Assembly: GCA_963720755.1 (NCBI GenBank)
Contig: CAVRGP010000006.1
Coordinates: 64,001 to 128,000 of the forward strand
Origin: an uncultured Chloroflexia bacterium
GTDB taxonomy: Bacteria > Chloroflexota > Limnocylindria > Limnocylindrales > CSP1-4
Reading direction: 5' to 3'
DNA: 64,000 bases
Shown here: in pieces, positions 38,079-47,747 of the stretch
Layout: each line of letters begins with the position of its first letter
How positions within the stretch are numbered: the stretch's first letter is position 1
The notes under the pieces: generated by a model
The model's input: only the letters and a program-made list of their open reading frames with translations
What the model was told of the DNA's origin: nothing
Databases searched by the model: none
Translations under genes and position numbers: made by a program

Positions 38079-39143
38079 TTAGCGGACGCCGGCCGGCACG
38101 AGGGCCGGTTCGGCGACGCGGACGAGGGTTTCCTTCATCAGCAGATTGACCCTGGCGACCGATCCGAAGCCGGCCTCCTCCAGGCGACGGTCGATCGGCG
38201 ATTCGTAGGTCCGGACCGGCGCGATGACGCCGTGATCATGGCGGTGGTCGCCCTTCGACGTCTGGGCCGCGATGGCGCCCAGGCCGTAGTCGACGAGGTC
38301 CGTCACGTCGACCTCGGGGCGGGCCATCACCCTGAGGTAGTGGGGCTGGTCCTCCTTGGCCACGCCGATCTGGAGGAAGCCGTCGAGCTGCGTCCCGTCC
38401 GGGCCGCCATCCGGCGACGTCTGGACGAATCCCTCGACATCGGCGAACCGGAGGATCGGCGTGAGGCTGGATCTCGGCACGCGCCAATGCGAGCCCTGCC
38501 GCTCCCAGTCGGTCAGCCGGATGGCCTCGAGCCGGGCGACCGGGGCCGGCGTCACTGCGGAATAGAGTCGTGCCAGCGGCAACGCGTCGAGGCTATCCGT
38601 GGGCCGGATCCGACAGGCGGCCGCGCGATCGTCGGGCCAGGGCGCCGGCAGCGCCTCGCCGGGCGCGCGGAACAGGACGTGTTCCTCGCCGTAGCGCATG
38701 AAACCGGCCTGCATCAGCAGCTCGACGTTGCCGTCGGCGTCGGCGCAGGCGACATGGAATCGCGCGGCAGCGCGTTTGGCCCCCTCGCGCAGGAGCTGCT
38801 GCACGAGCCGGTACCGGATGTCGCCCGCGTTGGCCATCCCGACCGCGTCGAGCTCGACGATCGTCCACTCGTCCCGAACGTTCTCGCGTTCCACGCGGAC
38901 CAGACCGGCGATCCGGCCGTCCTCTTCGTAGACGAACATGAGGTCATTCGGTCGGAAGGCGCCGAGCGGCAGTCGGAACAGGCTGAATACCCCGATCGGC
39001 GGACCGTTGACCGGGAGGCCAAGCGAGCGCGTCTCGGCACCGTCGGACTGGCACAGCCGCGACAGCTCGCCGAGGGCGGCCAGATCGGTCAGGCGGGCGG
39101 CCCGGACCTTGCCGGAGCTGCGCGGCTGGCGAAGCGTGGTCAT
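38079..39143 (-). CDS. hypothetical protein, probable tandem GNAT-like folds
   Basis: [21 protein letters not shown] and two 'AGF' motifs; coupled to pdxT. Confidence 0.65.
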   Translation of the reverse strand: MTTLRQPRSSGKVRAARLTDLAALGELSRLCQSDGAETRSLGLPVNGPPIGVFSLFRLPLGAFRPNDLMFVYEEDGRIAGLVRVERENVRDEWTIVELDAVGMANAGDIRYRLVQQLLREGAKRAAARFHVACADADGNVELLMQAGFMRYGEEHVLFRAPGEALPAPWPDDRAAACRIRPTDSLDALPLARLYSAVTPAPVARLEAIRLTDWERQGSHWRVPRSSLTPILRFADVEGFVQTSPDGGPDGTQLDGFLQIGVAKEDQPHYLRVMARPEVDVTDLVDYGLGAIAAQTSKGDHRHDHGVIAPVRTYESPIDRRLEEAGFGSVARVNLLMKETLVRVAEPALVPAGVR

Positions 39144-39796
39144 CGGTCGGCTCGATGGTGATGCGCTGCGCGTTCGCGGCGAGTCGGGTGCCGGCGCCGG
39201 CCGGAACCCTCGGCGGGGTCGTCGTACTCGGCAGCCATGGTGGCGACGAGCCGGTGGAACCGGGTCTCCCCCGCGAGCTCCGGATGGAACGCGGTCGCGA
39301 CGATGTTCCGTTGACGAACCGCGACGATCCGTCCGTCGTCAAGGCGAGCGAGGATGTCGACATCGGGACCCGTTCGCTCGACGATCGGTGCCCGGATGAA
39401 GACGGCGTGGACCGGGGTGTCGCCGAGGACCGGGACGATGAGGTCGGCCTCGAACGATTCGAGTTGGCGGCCGAATGCGTTGCGGGCCACGGTCACGTCA
39501 AGAAGCGGAAGGATCGGCGGCTCGCCACCGGAGATCTCGGCGGCCAGGACGATCATCCCGGCGCACGTCCCGAAGATCGGCGCACCGCGCTGGGCCAGGT
39601 CGAGGATCGGCCCGCGGAGGCCCCAGCGGTCGATGAGCTGGCGCATGGTCGTACTCTCACCGCCCGGCAGGATGAGTCCGCCCACCCCATCGAGGTCGGC
39701 CGGCTCGCGCACGCGGACACCAGCGACGCCGATCGCTTCAAGCGTATCGAGGTGCTCGCGGAACGCCCCCTGGAGGGCCAGGACGCCGATCCTCAT
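39140..39796 (-). CDS. pdxT: PLP synthase glutaminase subunit
   Basis: MRIGVLALQGAF.EH, PGGEST, GTCAG, FIRAP and FHPEL. Confidence 0.96.
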   Translation of the reverse strand: MRIGVLALQGAFREHLDTLEAIGVAGVRVREPADLDGVGGLILPGGESTTMRQLIDRWGLRGPILDLAQRGAPIFGTCAGMIVLAAEISGGEPPILPLLDVTVARNAFGRQLESFEADLIVPVLGDTPVHAVFIRAPIVERTGPDVDILARLDDGRIVAVRQRNIVATAFHPELAGETRFHRLVATMAAEYDDPAEGSGRRRHPTRRERAAHHHRADR

Positions 39797-39827
39797 GTCA
39801 TGGTCGCCAGCGAGGTCGTCGGTCGCC

Positions 39828-40715
39828 CTACCAGCCGCGCACCGCGAGGCGATCCTGCTCGGCGATCTCCTCGAGGGCGATGCCGCGCATCGGGGCTCCC
39901 AGGCCCTTCGAGACTTCGGCGATCTTCTTGGGATCGTCGAAGAAGGTCGTCGCCTGGACGATGGCGTTCGCCATCCGGGCCGGATCTTCGCTCTTGAAGA
40001 TGCCCGATCCGACGAAGACACCCTCGGCGCCGAGCTGCATCACGAGCGCAGCATCGGCCGGCGTGCTGATCCCGCCGGCGACGAAGTTGACGACGGGCAG
40101 CTTGCCGTCGGCCGCGACGCCGCGGACCAGGTCGTACGGGGCACCGAGATCTTTGGCCGCCACGAACAGCTCGTCGTCGCGCAGGCCCTGGAGCCTGCGG
40201 ATCTCGGCCAGGACATCGCGCAGCTGGCGAACCGCCTCCACGATGTTGCCGGTACCGGCCTCGCCCTTGGTCCGCATCATCGCGGCACCTTCGTTGATCC
40301 GACGGAGCGCCTCACCGAGATCGCGGCAGCCACACACGAACGGCACCTTGAACGCGTGCTTGTCGATGTGGTTGCGCTCATCGGCCGGGGTCAGGACCTC
40401 GGACTCGTCGATGTAGTCGACGCCGAGGGCTTCTAGGACCTGGGCTTCGACGAAGTGACCGATGCGTGCCTTGGCCATGACCGGGATGGTCACCGCGTCC
40501 ATGATCCCCTCGATCATCGAGGGATCGGACATCCGGGCGACCCCGCCGTCCTTTCGGATATCGGACGGGACGCGCTCCAGCGCCATCACGGCGACAGCGC
40601 CGGCATCCTCGGCGATCTTGGCCTGGTCGGGCGTGACGACATCCATGATGACGCCGCCCTTGAGCATCTGGGCAAGGCCCTTCTTGGTGGCCCAGGTGGA
40701 CGTCTCGACGGTCAT
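39828..40715 (-). CDS. pdxS: PLP synthase lyase subunit
   Basis: [26 protein letters not shown] and RTKGEAGTG. Confidence 0.97.
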   Translation of the reverse strand: MTVETSTWATKKGLAQMLKGGVIMDVVTPDQAKIAEDAGAVAVMALERVPSDIRKDGGVARMSDPSMIEGIMDAVTIPVMAKARIGHFVEAQVLEALGVDYIDESEVLTPADERNHIDKHAFKVPFVCGCRDLGEALRRINEGAAMMRTKGEAGTGNIVEAVRQLRDVLAEIRRLQGLRDDELFVAAKDLGAPYDLVRGVAADGKLPVVNFVAGGISTPADAALVMQLGAEGVFVGSGIFKSEDPARMANAIVQATTFFDDPKKIAEVSKGLGAPMRGIALEEIAEQDRLAVRGW

Positions 40716-40859
40716 GTGGGTGGGATCCCTCTGGTTCCAGGCGCTCGGGTCGCCGGCCGGGTCTGGCCCCGGGGTCGTCGCCCGTTCGAGTCGGCCGAGC
40801 CCCTCGCGCGCGTCGATTATGGCACGACGATGCACGAAGGCCCGAGCTGGGCGCTCGGC

Positions 40860-41630
40860 TCAGCGGGCGACGGTCCGCACGACGCCCGACATCAGCTTGG
40901 TCGCCCGGCGGGCGGCCGTTGGCGACAGGCGGGACAGGGTTTCGACGAGGTCCACGACGTCGTCGTCGGGAAGGCCGCCCAGCAGGTCGAACAGGCGCAG
41001 GATCGTGGCGTCCGGGATCCGGCCCAGAAGCTGCAGCGACCTCTCGAGTTCCCGCGGTTCCACTTGCGGGAGCAGCCCGACCGCTCGGTCGAACAGCCGG
41101 ACGAAGACGAGGAACGCCGACAGCCAGTCCCGGAGGCCTTGAAGTTCGAGATCTCCCGGGTTCGCCTCGAGCGCCAGGGTGGCCTCACGTTCCTTCACCT
41201 CGAGGACCGCCACGATCGGGTCACCCTCGCGCACCTTGCGCTCGGCGACGACGCGACCGAACCACTGCCAGTGATCGCCGACCGCCAGGTAGGCGACGCC
41301 AGCGGGGCCGCGCCGACCCACACGGCGAGGCTCGGGCACACGCTCCACGATGCCCCACGACTCCGCTTCGGCCAGGGCCATGCTGGCTGCGCGATGGCTG
41401 AGTCCGAGCGCTTCCCGAACCTCGCGTTCGGTCAACGGCTCCTGCCGGGCCATCAGATAGGCCTGAACACGGGCGATCGCCGGGGTCACGCCCCATGCGG
41501 TGCCCATCGACCCCCAGGCCTCGGCCAGTTCTATCCGGATCGACTCGGCCGTAGCCGATCCGCCATCGCCGGATGCGACTCGACGATCGTCCGAAAGAGG
41601 CGCCTTGACAGTAGCGAGTTTGAGGTCCAT
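40860..41630 (-). CDS. GbsR/MarR-family transcriptional regulator
   Basis: WG.MG..WG......RV..YL, L...E....L.LS....SM.L..L/A..WGIV. Confidence 0.75.
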   Translation of the reverse strand: MDLKLATVKAPLSDDRRVASGDGGSATAESIRIELAEAWGSMGTAWGVTPAIARVQAYLMARQEPLTEREVREALGLSHRAASMALAEAESWGIVERVPEPRRVGRRGPAGVAYLAVGDHWQWFGRVVAERKVREGDPIVAVLEVKEREATLALEANPGDLELQGLRDWLSAFLVFVRLFDRAVGLLPQVEPRELERSLQLLGRIPDATILRLFDLLGGLPDDDVVDLVETLSRLSPTAARRATKLMSGVVRTVAR

Positions 41631-41671
41631 AACTTGCTATGCCAGAGTAGCACGTGCTGAGGTGCCCGTAG

Positions 41672-42142
41672 ATGCGGTCGAGAGATCCGCGCGGTGCGTG
41701 GATCGGCGCGTTCGCCGGTCTGACCCCGACGCTCATGTTGTTCGCCTGGCTCCAGATCACTGGCTGGTCCGGCGATGCTAGCCAGCTGGCGGTCGCGATA
41801 TTCCTGCTCGGTGCGGTGGCCGTCGCTGCGGGTGTGATCGTCGGGCCGCGGCTCGGTGCCGGCATCAGGGCCAGCCTGGTCGGGGTTATCGCCTACGCAC
41901 TGGTCGCCTGGTCGATCTATGTGCCGGTCGGCGTCATCGCTTCGACCGTTGGAGGGATCGCAGACGGGACGCTTCAGGGTGTGGCGGCGATCGTCGGCAG
42001 CGTCGTCGGCTACCTCGCCTATGCGCTCGTGACCAGCCTGTACGTCTGGATCTTCCTCGTCCCGTTCGGCATCGGATGGATCCTCACGGTTCGCATCCTT
42101 CGAGCGGTCCGTCGGACGCCGCCCGACCGAGTCAGTGCCTGA
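41672..42142 (+). CDS. hypothetical membrane protein
   Basis: About 4 hydrophobic segments. Confidence 0.65.
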   Translation: MRSRDPRGAWIGAFAGLTPTLMLFAWLQITGWSGDASQLAVAIFLLGAVAVAAGVIVGPRLGAGIRASLVGVIAYALVAWSIYVPVGVIASTVGGIADGTLQGVAAIVGSVVGYLAYALVTSLYVWIFLVPFGIGWILTVRILRAVRRTPPDRVSA

Positions 42143-42581
42143 GTCTGAAATTCCACCAACGGCAGTTACCCGGTCGAGCGGCGATACGGACTCGGCGCGG
42201 GTCGCGCGGGGGAGGCGGAGGACGTGGGTGGTGTCCTGGCTCCTCGGGATCGCGCTGGGGATGTTCGCGGGTGGAGGGATCCTCGTGGCCGGGGTGTTTG
42301 GGCTCCTGCTCCTGGTCGCCTCCGTCGTGTGGGCAGCACGTGAGCGGGCGCGTCCACTCGGGCTCGGCGGCCTGCTCATCGGGCTTGGAGCAGGGAGCGG
42401 CGGGCTGCTCGTGCTCGCGAACGCGCGATGTGCGGCCTCGAACGTGACCGCGTCGGACCACTTCTCCGGCTGCGTCGCCCCGGATCTCACACCGTGGTTC
42501 GTTGCCGCCGCGGTATCGGCGGTCATCGGAGTCGCGGTGTCGTTGCTTGGGATGGCTCACACGGAGTTGCGATCCTCCTGA
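42135..42581 (+). CDS. hypothetical membrane protein
   Basis: Hydrophobic, with a Cys pair in a loop; overlaps the previous stop. Confidence 0.6.
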   Translation: MPESEIPPTAVTRSSGDTDSARVARGRRRTWVVSWLLGIALGMFAGGGILVAGVFGLLLLVASVVWAARERARPLGLGGLLIGLGAGSGGLLVLANARCAASNVTASDHFSGCVAPDLTPWFVAAAVSAVIGVAVSLLGMAHTELRSS

Positions 42582-42635
42582 CCTGTTCATGAATCGTTCC
42601 GGGGCGTCAAGGTCCATCCGTCTATCCTCGTCGGC

Positions 42636-44252
42636 ATGACCGTCCTGCGCAGCCGGCTCGACCCTGCCACCACCGAGACGCGCGCGAATCACGATGCGAT
42701 GGCGTCGCTCGTCGACGACCTGCGGGCGCGCCAGGCCGCCGTGTCCGAACGTGGCGCGGGCGGCGACGACCGCTCGATCGCACGGCATCGCGAGCGCGGC
42801 AAGCTACCCGTCCGCGAACGGATCGAGCGACTGATCGACCCGGGCTCCGCCTTCCTCGAGCTGTCCCCGCTGGCCGCGACCGGTCTCTATGACGACGACG
42901 CGCCCGGCGCGGGGATCGTCACGGGCGTGGGCCGGGTCGAGGGCACGACGTGCGTGATCGTGGCCAACGACGCGACCGTCAAGGGCGGCACCTACTACCC
43001 GATGACCGTCAAGAAGCACCTCCGGGCGCAGGAGATCGCCCTCGAGAACCAGCTCCCGTGCATCTATCTCGTCGACAGCGGCGGGGCGTTCCTGCCGCTG
43101 CAGGCCGACGTCTTTCCCGATCGCGACCACTTCGGCCGGATCTTCTACAACCAGGCTCGGATGTCCGCGGCCGGGATCCCCCAGGTCGCGCTGGTCATGG
43201 GTTCGTGCACGGCCGGCGGCGCCTACGTTCCGGCGATGAGCGACGAGACCGTCATCGTCAAAGGGACCGGCACGATCTTCCTCGGCGGCCCGCCGCTGGT
43301 GAAGGCCGCCACCGGGGAAGAGGTGACGCCGGAGGACCTGGGGGGCGCCGAGGTTCACACCCGCCGCTCGGGCGTGGCCGATCACGAGGCTCTCGACGAC
43401 GACCATGCGCTGGCCCTCGGACGCTCGATCGTCGCCAACCTCAATCGGAAACCGCCCGCCGCACCATGGGACCGACGGGCGCCGGAGCCTCCGGCGGTGG
43501 TTCCAGCCGGCGACGACCGTGCCGCGTCGCTCTACGCGGCCGTGTCGCTCGACGCGCGTCGACCCATCCCGGTGCGCGAACTGATCGCTCGACTCGTCGA
43601 CGGCAGCCGGTTCCACGACTTCAAACCGCTCTACGGGGAAACGCTCGTGACCGGGTTCGCGCACATCGATGGCTATCCGGTCGCCATCCTGGCCAACGAC
43701 GGGATCCTGTTCAGCCAGTCCGCCCTCAAGGGCGCCCACTTCATCGAACTCGCCTGCCAGCGGCGGATCCCACTCGTCTTCCTCCAGAACATCACGGGGT
43801 TCATGGTCGGGCGCGAGTACGAAGAGGCGGGGATCGCCAAGGATGGGGCCAAGCTGGTCACCGCGGTCGCCTCGGCCGAGGTGCCCAAGTTCACCGTCCT
43901 CATCGGCGGGTCGTTCGGGGCCGGGAACTACGCCATGGCCGGCCGGGCGTACCAGCCGCGGTTCCTGTGGTCGTGGCCCAACAGCCGGATCTCGGTGATG
44001 GGCGGCCCCCAGGCCGCACGCGTCCTGTCCACGGTCCGCGGCGGGTTCGCGTCGGACGGCGAACGCGATTCCTTCGAGGCACCCATCCTCGAGACGTACG
44101 AACGCGAAGGGTCGCCGTACTTCGCGACGGCCCGGCTGTGGGATGACGGGGTCATCGATCCACTCGATACCCGGCGGATCCTGTCGATGGGCATCGAGTC
44201 CGCGCTCCATGCCCCGATCCCCGAGACGCGCTTCGGCGTGTTCCGGATGTGA
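42636..44252 (+). CDS. liuB: methylcrotonyl-CoA carboxylase beta (carboxyltransferase) subunit
   Basis: [34 protein letters not shown] and [11 protein letters not shown]...FGVFRM. Confidence 0.93.
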   Translation: MTVLRSRLDPATTETRANHDAMASLVDDLRARQAAVSERGAGGDDRSIARHRERGKLPVRERIERLIDPGSAFLELSPLAATGLYDDDAPGAGIVTGVGRVEGTTCVIVANDATVKGGTYYPMTVKKHLRAQEIALENQLPCIYLVDSGGAFLPLQADVFPDRDHFGRIFYNQARMSAAGIPQVALVMGSCTAGGAYVPAMSDETVIVKGTGTIFLGGPPLVKAATGEEVTPEDLGGAEVHTRRSGVADHEALDDDHALALGRSIVANLNRKPPAAPWDRRAPEPPAVVPAGDDRAASLYAAVSLDARRPIPVRELIARLVDGSRFHDFKPLYGETLVTGFAHIDGYPVAILANDGILFSQSALKGAHFIELACQRRIPLVFLQNITGFMVGREYEEAGIAKDGAKLVTAVASAEVPKFTVLIGGSFGAGNYAMAGRAYQPRFLWSWPNSRISVMGGPQAARVLSTVRGGFASDGERDSFEAPILETYEREGSPYFATARLWDDGVIDPLDTRRILSMGIESALHAPIPETRFGVFRM

Positions 44253-45019
44253 CCGCGCTTCGAGCGGCTCGGTTCTCGATCGCGCCGGTCCGAAGTCTCG
44301 GTCTCGAGCATCCGAGCGAGATCGATGTCACCAGCGTCGGCGTCCTGGAGGATCGCCGGTTCTTCCTTGCCGATGACGCCGGCCGGCTGGTCGACCGGCT
44401 CGTCATCCCGGGGCTGGTGCAGATCGAGGCCCATACCGATCCAGACGGGCGCCAGCTTCGACTGACCTTTCCCGACCACGAAACGGTCGACGGGGACGTC
44501 CAGCTGGGAGATCCCGTCGAGGTTCCCATCCATGGCCGGACCGGGGTCGGGCACATCGTCGTGGGGCCCTGGGCCGAGCCGCTCTCCGCGTTCGCCAAGC
44601 GGACGATCCGACTCATCCGCTGCGACCGGCCAGGCGGCACCCGCGATGGCAACCCAACCAGCCTCGTGACCGACGGTTCGATCGAGGAATTCGTCCGCCA
44701 CAGCGGTGTCGATCGGGTGGATGCCCGACGGTTCCGGATGCTTATCGAACTCGAAGGCGGCGCACCCCGGGAGGAGGACTCCTGGATCGGACGCTCCATC
44801 TCGATCGGTGACGCCATCCTCGCCGTCACCAGGCCAGACGCCCGGTGCGCGATCACGACCCAGGACCCGGACACCGGCGAACGGGACCTGGACACGCTCC
44901 GAACGCTCATCGCCTACCGCGGCCTGCGCGATGGGAAGCACGCTGACTTCGGCGTGCTCGCGGACGTGGCGAAGCCCGGGCGCATCCGGCTCGGCGACGA
45001 GGTCGCCGTTCTCGACTAG
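44249..45019 (+). CDS. MOSC domain protein
   Basis: PV.SL, DRRF, RRFR...E, ED.W and RC.ITT.DP.TG. Confidence 0.88.
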   Translation: MTALRAARFSIAPVRSLGLEHPSEIDVTSVGVLEDRRFFLADDAGRLVDRLVIPGLVQIEAHTDPDGRQLRLTFPDHETVDGDVQLGDPVEVPIHGRTGVGHIVVGPWAEPLSAFAKRTIRLIRCDRPGGTRDGNPTSLVTDGSIEEFVRHSGVDRVDARRFRMLIELEGGAPREEDSWIGRSISIGDAILAVTRPDARCAITTQDPDTGERDLDTLRTLIAYRGLRDGKHADFGVLADVAKPGRIRLGDEVAVLD

Positions 45020-45492
45020 GAAGGGACCGGGGCGCTCGCGAACCGGCGGACCGTCACCACCCACACGGCTGCGCCCACGGCCACGAGCGGGGCGATGGCG
45101 ACCGCGGCGGACTCACCCGCCCGCAACACCGGGCCGGCCAGATCGGCTCCGAGCAGCGCCCCGAACACGAACGCGCCGATGACCAGCGAGGTCACGGCCG
45201 CCACGGGACCCCCAAGACCGAAGGCGACGCCCGCGACGACCGCGTCGATCCGTGAGCCGATGGTCGTCGGGGCGAGTCCGGCGCCCAGGAGCGCGACACC
45301 CGGGAGCCCGAGCGCAACCACGATCATGGCGATGTCCCGCGGAACCTTGTCGTCCATCGGGGCCAGGGCACCGAGCGGCAGGTAGACGATCGCGGCCAGC
45401 AACGCCCCGCGCCGGGCAGCGCGGATCATCGTCAGCCGGCGACCGGTCTCGTCGGGCCGCCAGTTCGGCGACCACGGGTTGTCGGGTCCCAT
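45016..45492 (-). CDS. hypothetical membrane protein
   Basis: About 4 hydrophobic segments. Confidence 0.6.
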   Translation of the reverse strand: MGPDNPWSPNWRPDETGRRLTMIRAARRGALLAAIVYLPLGALAPMDDKVPRDIAMIVVALGLPGVALLGAGLAPTTIGSRIDAVVAGVAFGLGGPVAAVTSLVIGAFVFGALLGADLAGPVLRAGESAAVAIAPLVAVGAAVWVVTVRRFASAPVPS

Positions 45493-45560
45493 CGAGGCAG
45501 CCTACGGCCGGGCGGGTCGACCCGGTAGGGGTACGTCCGGCTGGTACCTGGGGCGACCCA

Positions 45561-46307
45561 CTACGGCTCGACGATCCAGTGGCAACCGAGCAGGTCCGCT
45601 TCGTGCGCCTCCCGGCCGGGGACGGCGAGCCGGATGGTGACATCCGGGGCTCCGACGCGTGGACGCGGCCGGATCCGCACGATCTGCGGGCCGATATCGG
45701 CGTCGCGGGCGCCGCGCCCGAGCAGCGACGGGCGGAACCGCAGATCGAGCGTCGAGAGGAAACGCAAGGTCGTTCGGGCGACGTCATCGACGGCGAGTTC
45801 GATCGCCGTGAGTCGGGCCCGGTCGGCCGATCGGGCTGCGCGCTCCTCCGGGGTCCACTCGGCGCTCGCCACGTCGTGCTCGATGACGAATGGCGGGAGA
45901 TCCGGGCCGAGGGCCGGCGGCGCGGCCAGGCGCCACCGGACGACGCGGCCATCTGGACGGATCCGCTCGCCGGTCTCCGCCGCGGAGACGTCGGAGCCAG
46001 CCGCCCGAAGACGGTCGACATCGGCCTCGATGGCATCGGATGCCAGTGCCCAGGTCGCCAGTCCGCCGCCGTCCTCGAGGGCGCGTAACGTCGGTCGCCC
46101 GACCCACGAGGCCCGCGCCAGCTCGGGATCGAACACGCCGATCAGTTCCAGGTAGGAATCGCCCAGCCAGATGAGACGGTTGAACGTGCCAAGGCGGTCG
46201 TGGCGTCCGCCGCCGCCTGCCGTCAGGCCGAGCTCCGCTGCCAGGGCATCGACGGCCGCGTCGGGATCCGGGACGGCGACCACCAGGTGGTCGATGCCGG
46301 TAAACAT
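45561..46307 (-). CDS. VOC/glyoxalase_3 family protein
   Basis: IDHLVVAV.D, GGRH...GT.N.L, YLELI and PF.IE. Confidence 0.88.
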   Translation of the reverse strand: MFTGIDHLVVAVPDPDAAVDALAAELGLTAGGGGRHDRLGTFNRLIWLGDSYLELIGVFDPELARASWVGRPTLRALEDGGGLATWALASDAIEADVDRLRAAGSDVSAAETGERIRPDGRVVRWRLAAPPALGPDLPPFVIEHDVASAEWTPEERAARSADRARLTAIELAVDDVARTTLRFLSTLDLRFRPSLLGRGARDADIGPQIVRIRPRPRVGAPDVTIRLAVPGREAHEADLLGCHWIVEP

Positions 46308-46349
46308 GGCCAGAGCGTAGCGGGTCGAGTGGGTCGCTAGGATTGGCCG

Positions 46350-47174
46350 GTGAGCGGTATCGCGGAAGAGCACCTGCGGGTCGAGCGAACCGGGCCGTCC
46401 GGCGTGGTCGCCCGGGTGACCCTGGCCCGTCCTGCGGTCCACAACGCCTTCGATGCGACCCTGATCGCCGAGCTGCGCGCGACGTTCACGAGGCTGGCCC
46501 GCGAGGAACCAGCCGACCTGCGGGTGGTCGTGCTCGCCGGGGATGGTCCGTCGTTCTGCGCCGGCGCCGACCTCGGATGGATGCGCACGGCCATGGCACT
46601 CGAGATCGAGGCGAACGAGCAGGACGCGATGGCCATGGCCGACATGTTCGAGACCATCGACACCTGCCCGGTCCCCGTCATCGCCCGCGTCCATGGGGCG
46701 GCCCTCGGAGGTGGGATGGGCCTGTGCGCCGTCGCCGACCTGGTCATCGCCGAATCGGGCACCCGATTCGGGTTCACGGAGACGCGTCTCGGGATCCTGC
46801 CGTCGGTCATCGGCCCGTTCGTGATCGCCAAGATCGGTGAAAGCCACGCCCGGGCGCTGTTCCCGGGCGGTCGCCGATTCGATGCCACCCGGGCTGCCCG
46901 GATCGGCCTGGTCCACGAGATCGCCGAAGGCGAGGAAGCGCTGGACGCGGCGGTCGCCGGTGCGGTCGACGACATCCTGGCATCGGGTCCGACGGCCACC
47001 CGAGCGGCCAAGGCGGTCATCCGCGAGGTGCGTGGCCTCGGCCATGGTTCGGCCAAGTGGCACACCGCCCGCGTGATCGCCCGACAACGGACGACCGAGG
47101 AGGCGCAGGAGGGGTTTCGGGCCTTCACCGAGAAACGACGTCCCGCCTGGGCGCCCGACGAGCGAGATCGCTGA
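46350..47174 (+). CDS. liuC: enoyl-CoA hydratase (methylglutaconyl-CoA hydratase-like)
   Basis: HNAF, FCAGADL.WM, GAALGGG.GL and ETRLGI.P; sits in the liu cluster. Confidence 0.85.
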   Translation: MSGIAEEHLRVERTGPSGVVARVTLARPAVHNAFDATLIAELRATFTRLAREEPADLRVVVLAGDGPSFCAGADLGWMRTAMALEIEANEQDAMAMADMFETIDTCPVPVIARVHGAALGGGMGLCAVADLVIAESGTRFGFTETRLGILPSVIGPFVIAKIGESHARALFPGGRRFDATRAARIGLVHEIAEGEEALDAAVAGAVDDILASGPTATRAAKAVIREVRGLGHGSAKWHTARVIARQRTTEEAQEGFRAFTEKRRPAWAPDERDR

Positions 47175-47181
47175 GCGCCAG

Positions 47182-47685
47182 ATGGTCGCCCCGACGATCG
47201 CCTGCGTCGGCTGTGGTGCGCTCGTCGACGACGTGGACGGGCCGACCCATCGATACCTCGGGGCGTCCGCGGGATGCTGGGCGGTGTACAGCCCGCTGAC
47301 CGTCGCGAACCTGGCCATCCCGATGCCCGAAGGCGCACTGACGGTCGATGCCTACGCCGTCCAGCATCCCGGCGTGGAAGGCCCGCAGTCCACCCCGTCC
47401 GTGTGGATCCACCTCATCACGCTCCAGCTGGTCCTGGAGGATGGGTGGCGGCCGGACCAGGCGATCCGGATCAGGAAGCTCGCAGCGGACGCGTTCGATC
47501 GATGGCCGTGGCTCGAGCCACCGAGGTCGATGGGACCGGTGACGGTCGTCGATCTCGCATCGGCCCCGGCGAGCGACGTTGCCGGTGTCGGTTGCGCCTG
47601 GGTCGACGGCGCATGGGCGGCGTGGGCGGGACACCATCAGTCCGTCCGGGCGCAGGCGGCGCGACTCGTCGCGGGACTCGACTAG
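47182..47685 (+). CDS. DUF5946-like protein
   Basis: CxGCG, GP.HRY...S.GCW, VDAYAVQHP and HL. Confidence 0.7.
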   Translation: MVAPTIACVGCGALVDDVDGPTHRYLGASAGCWAVYSPLTVANLAIPMPEGALTVDAYAVQHPGVEGPQSTPSVWIHLITLQLVLEDGWRPDQAIRIRKLAADAFDRWPWLEPPRSMGPVTVVDLASAPASDVAGVGCAWVDGAWAAWAGHHQSVRAQAARLVAGLD

Positions 47686-47747
47686 CCGGGCGTCGTCGGC
47701 CATCCGAGTGGCGCCCATATGCGGCATGTGCGACGATCGCGACATCA

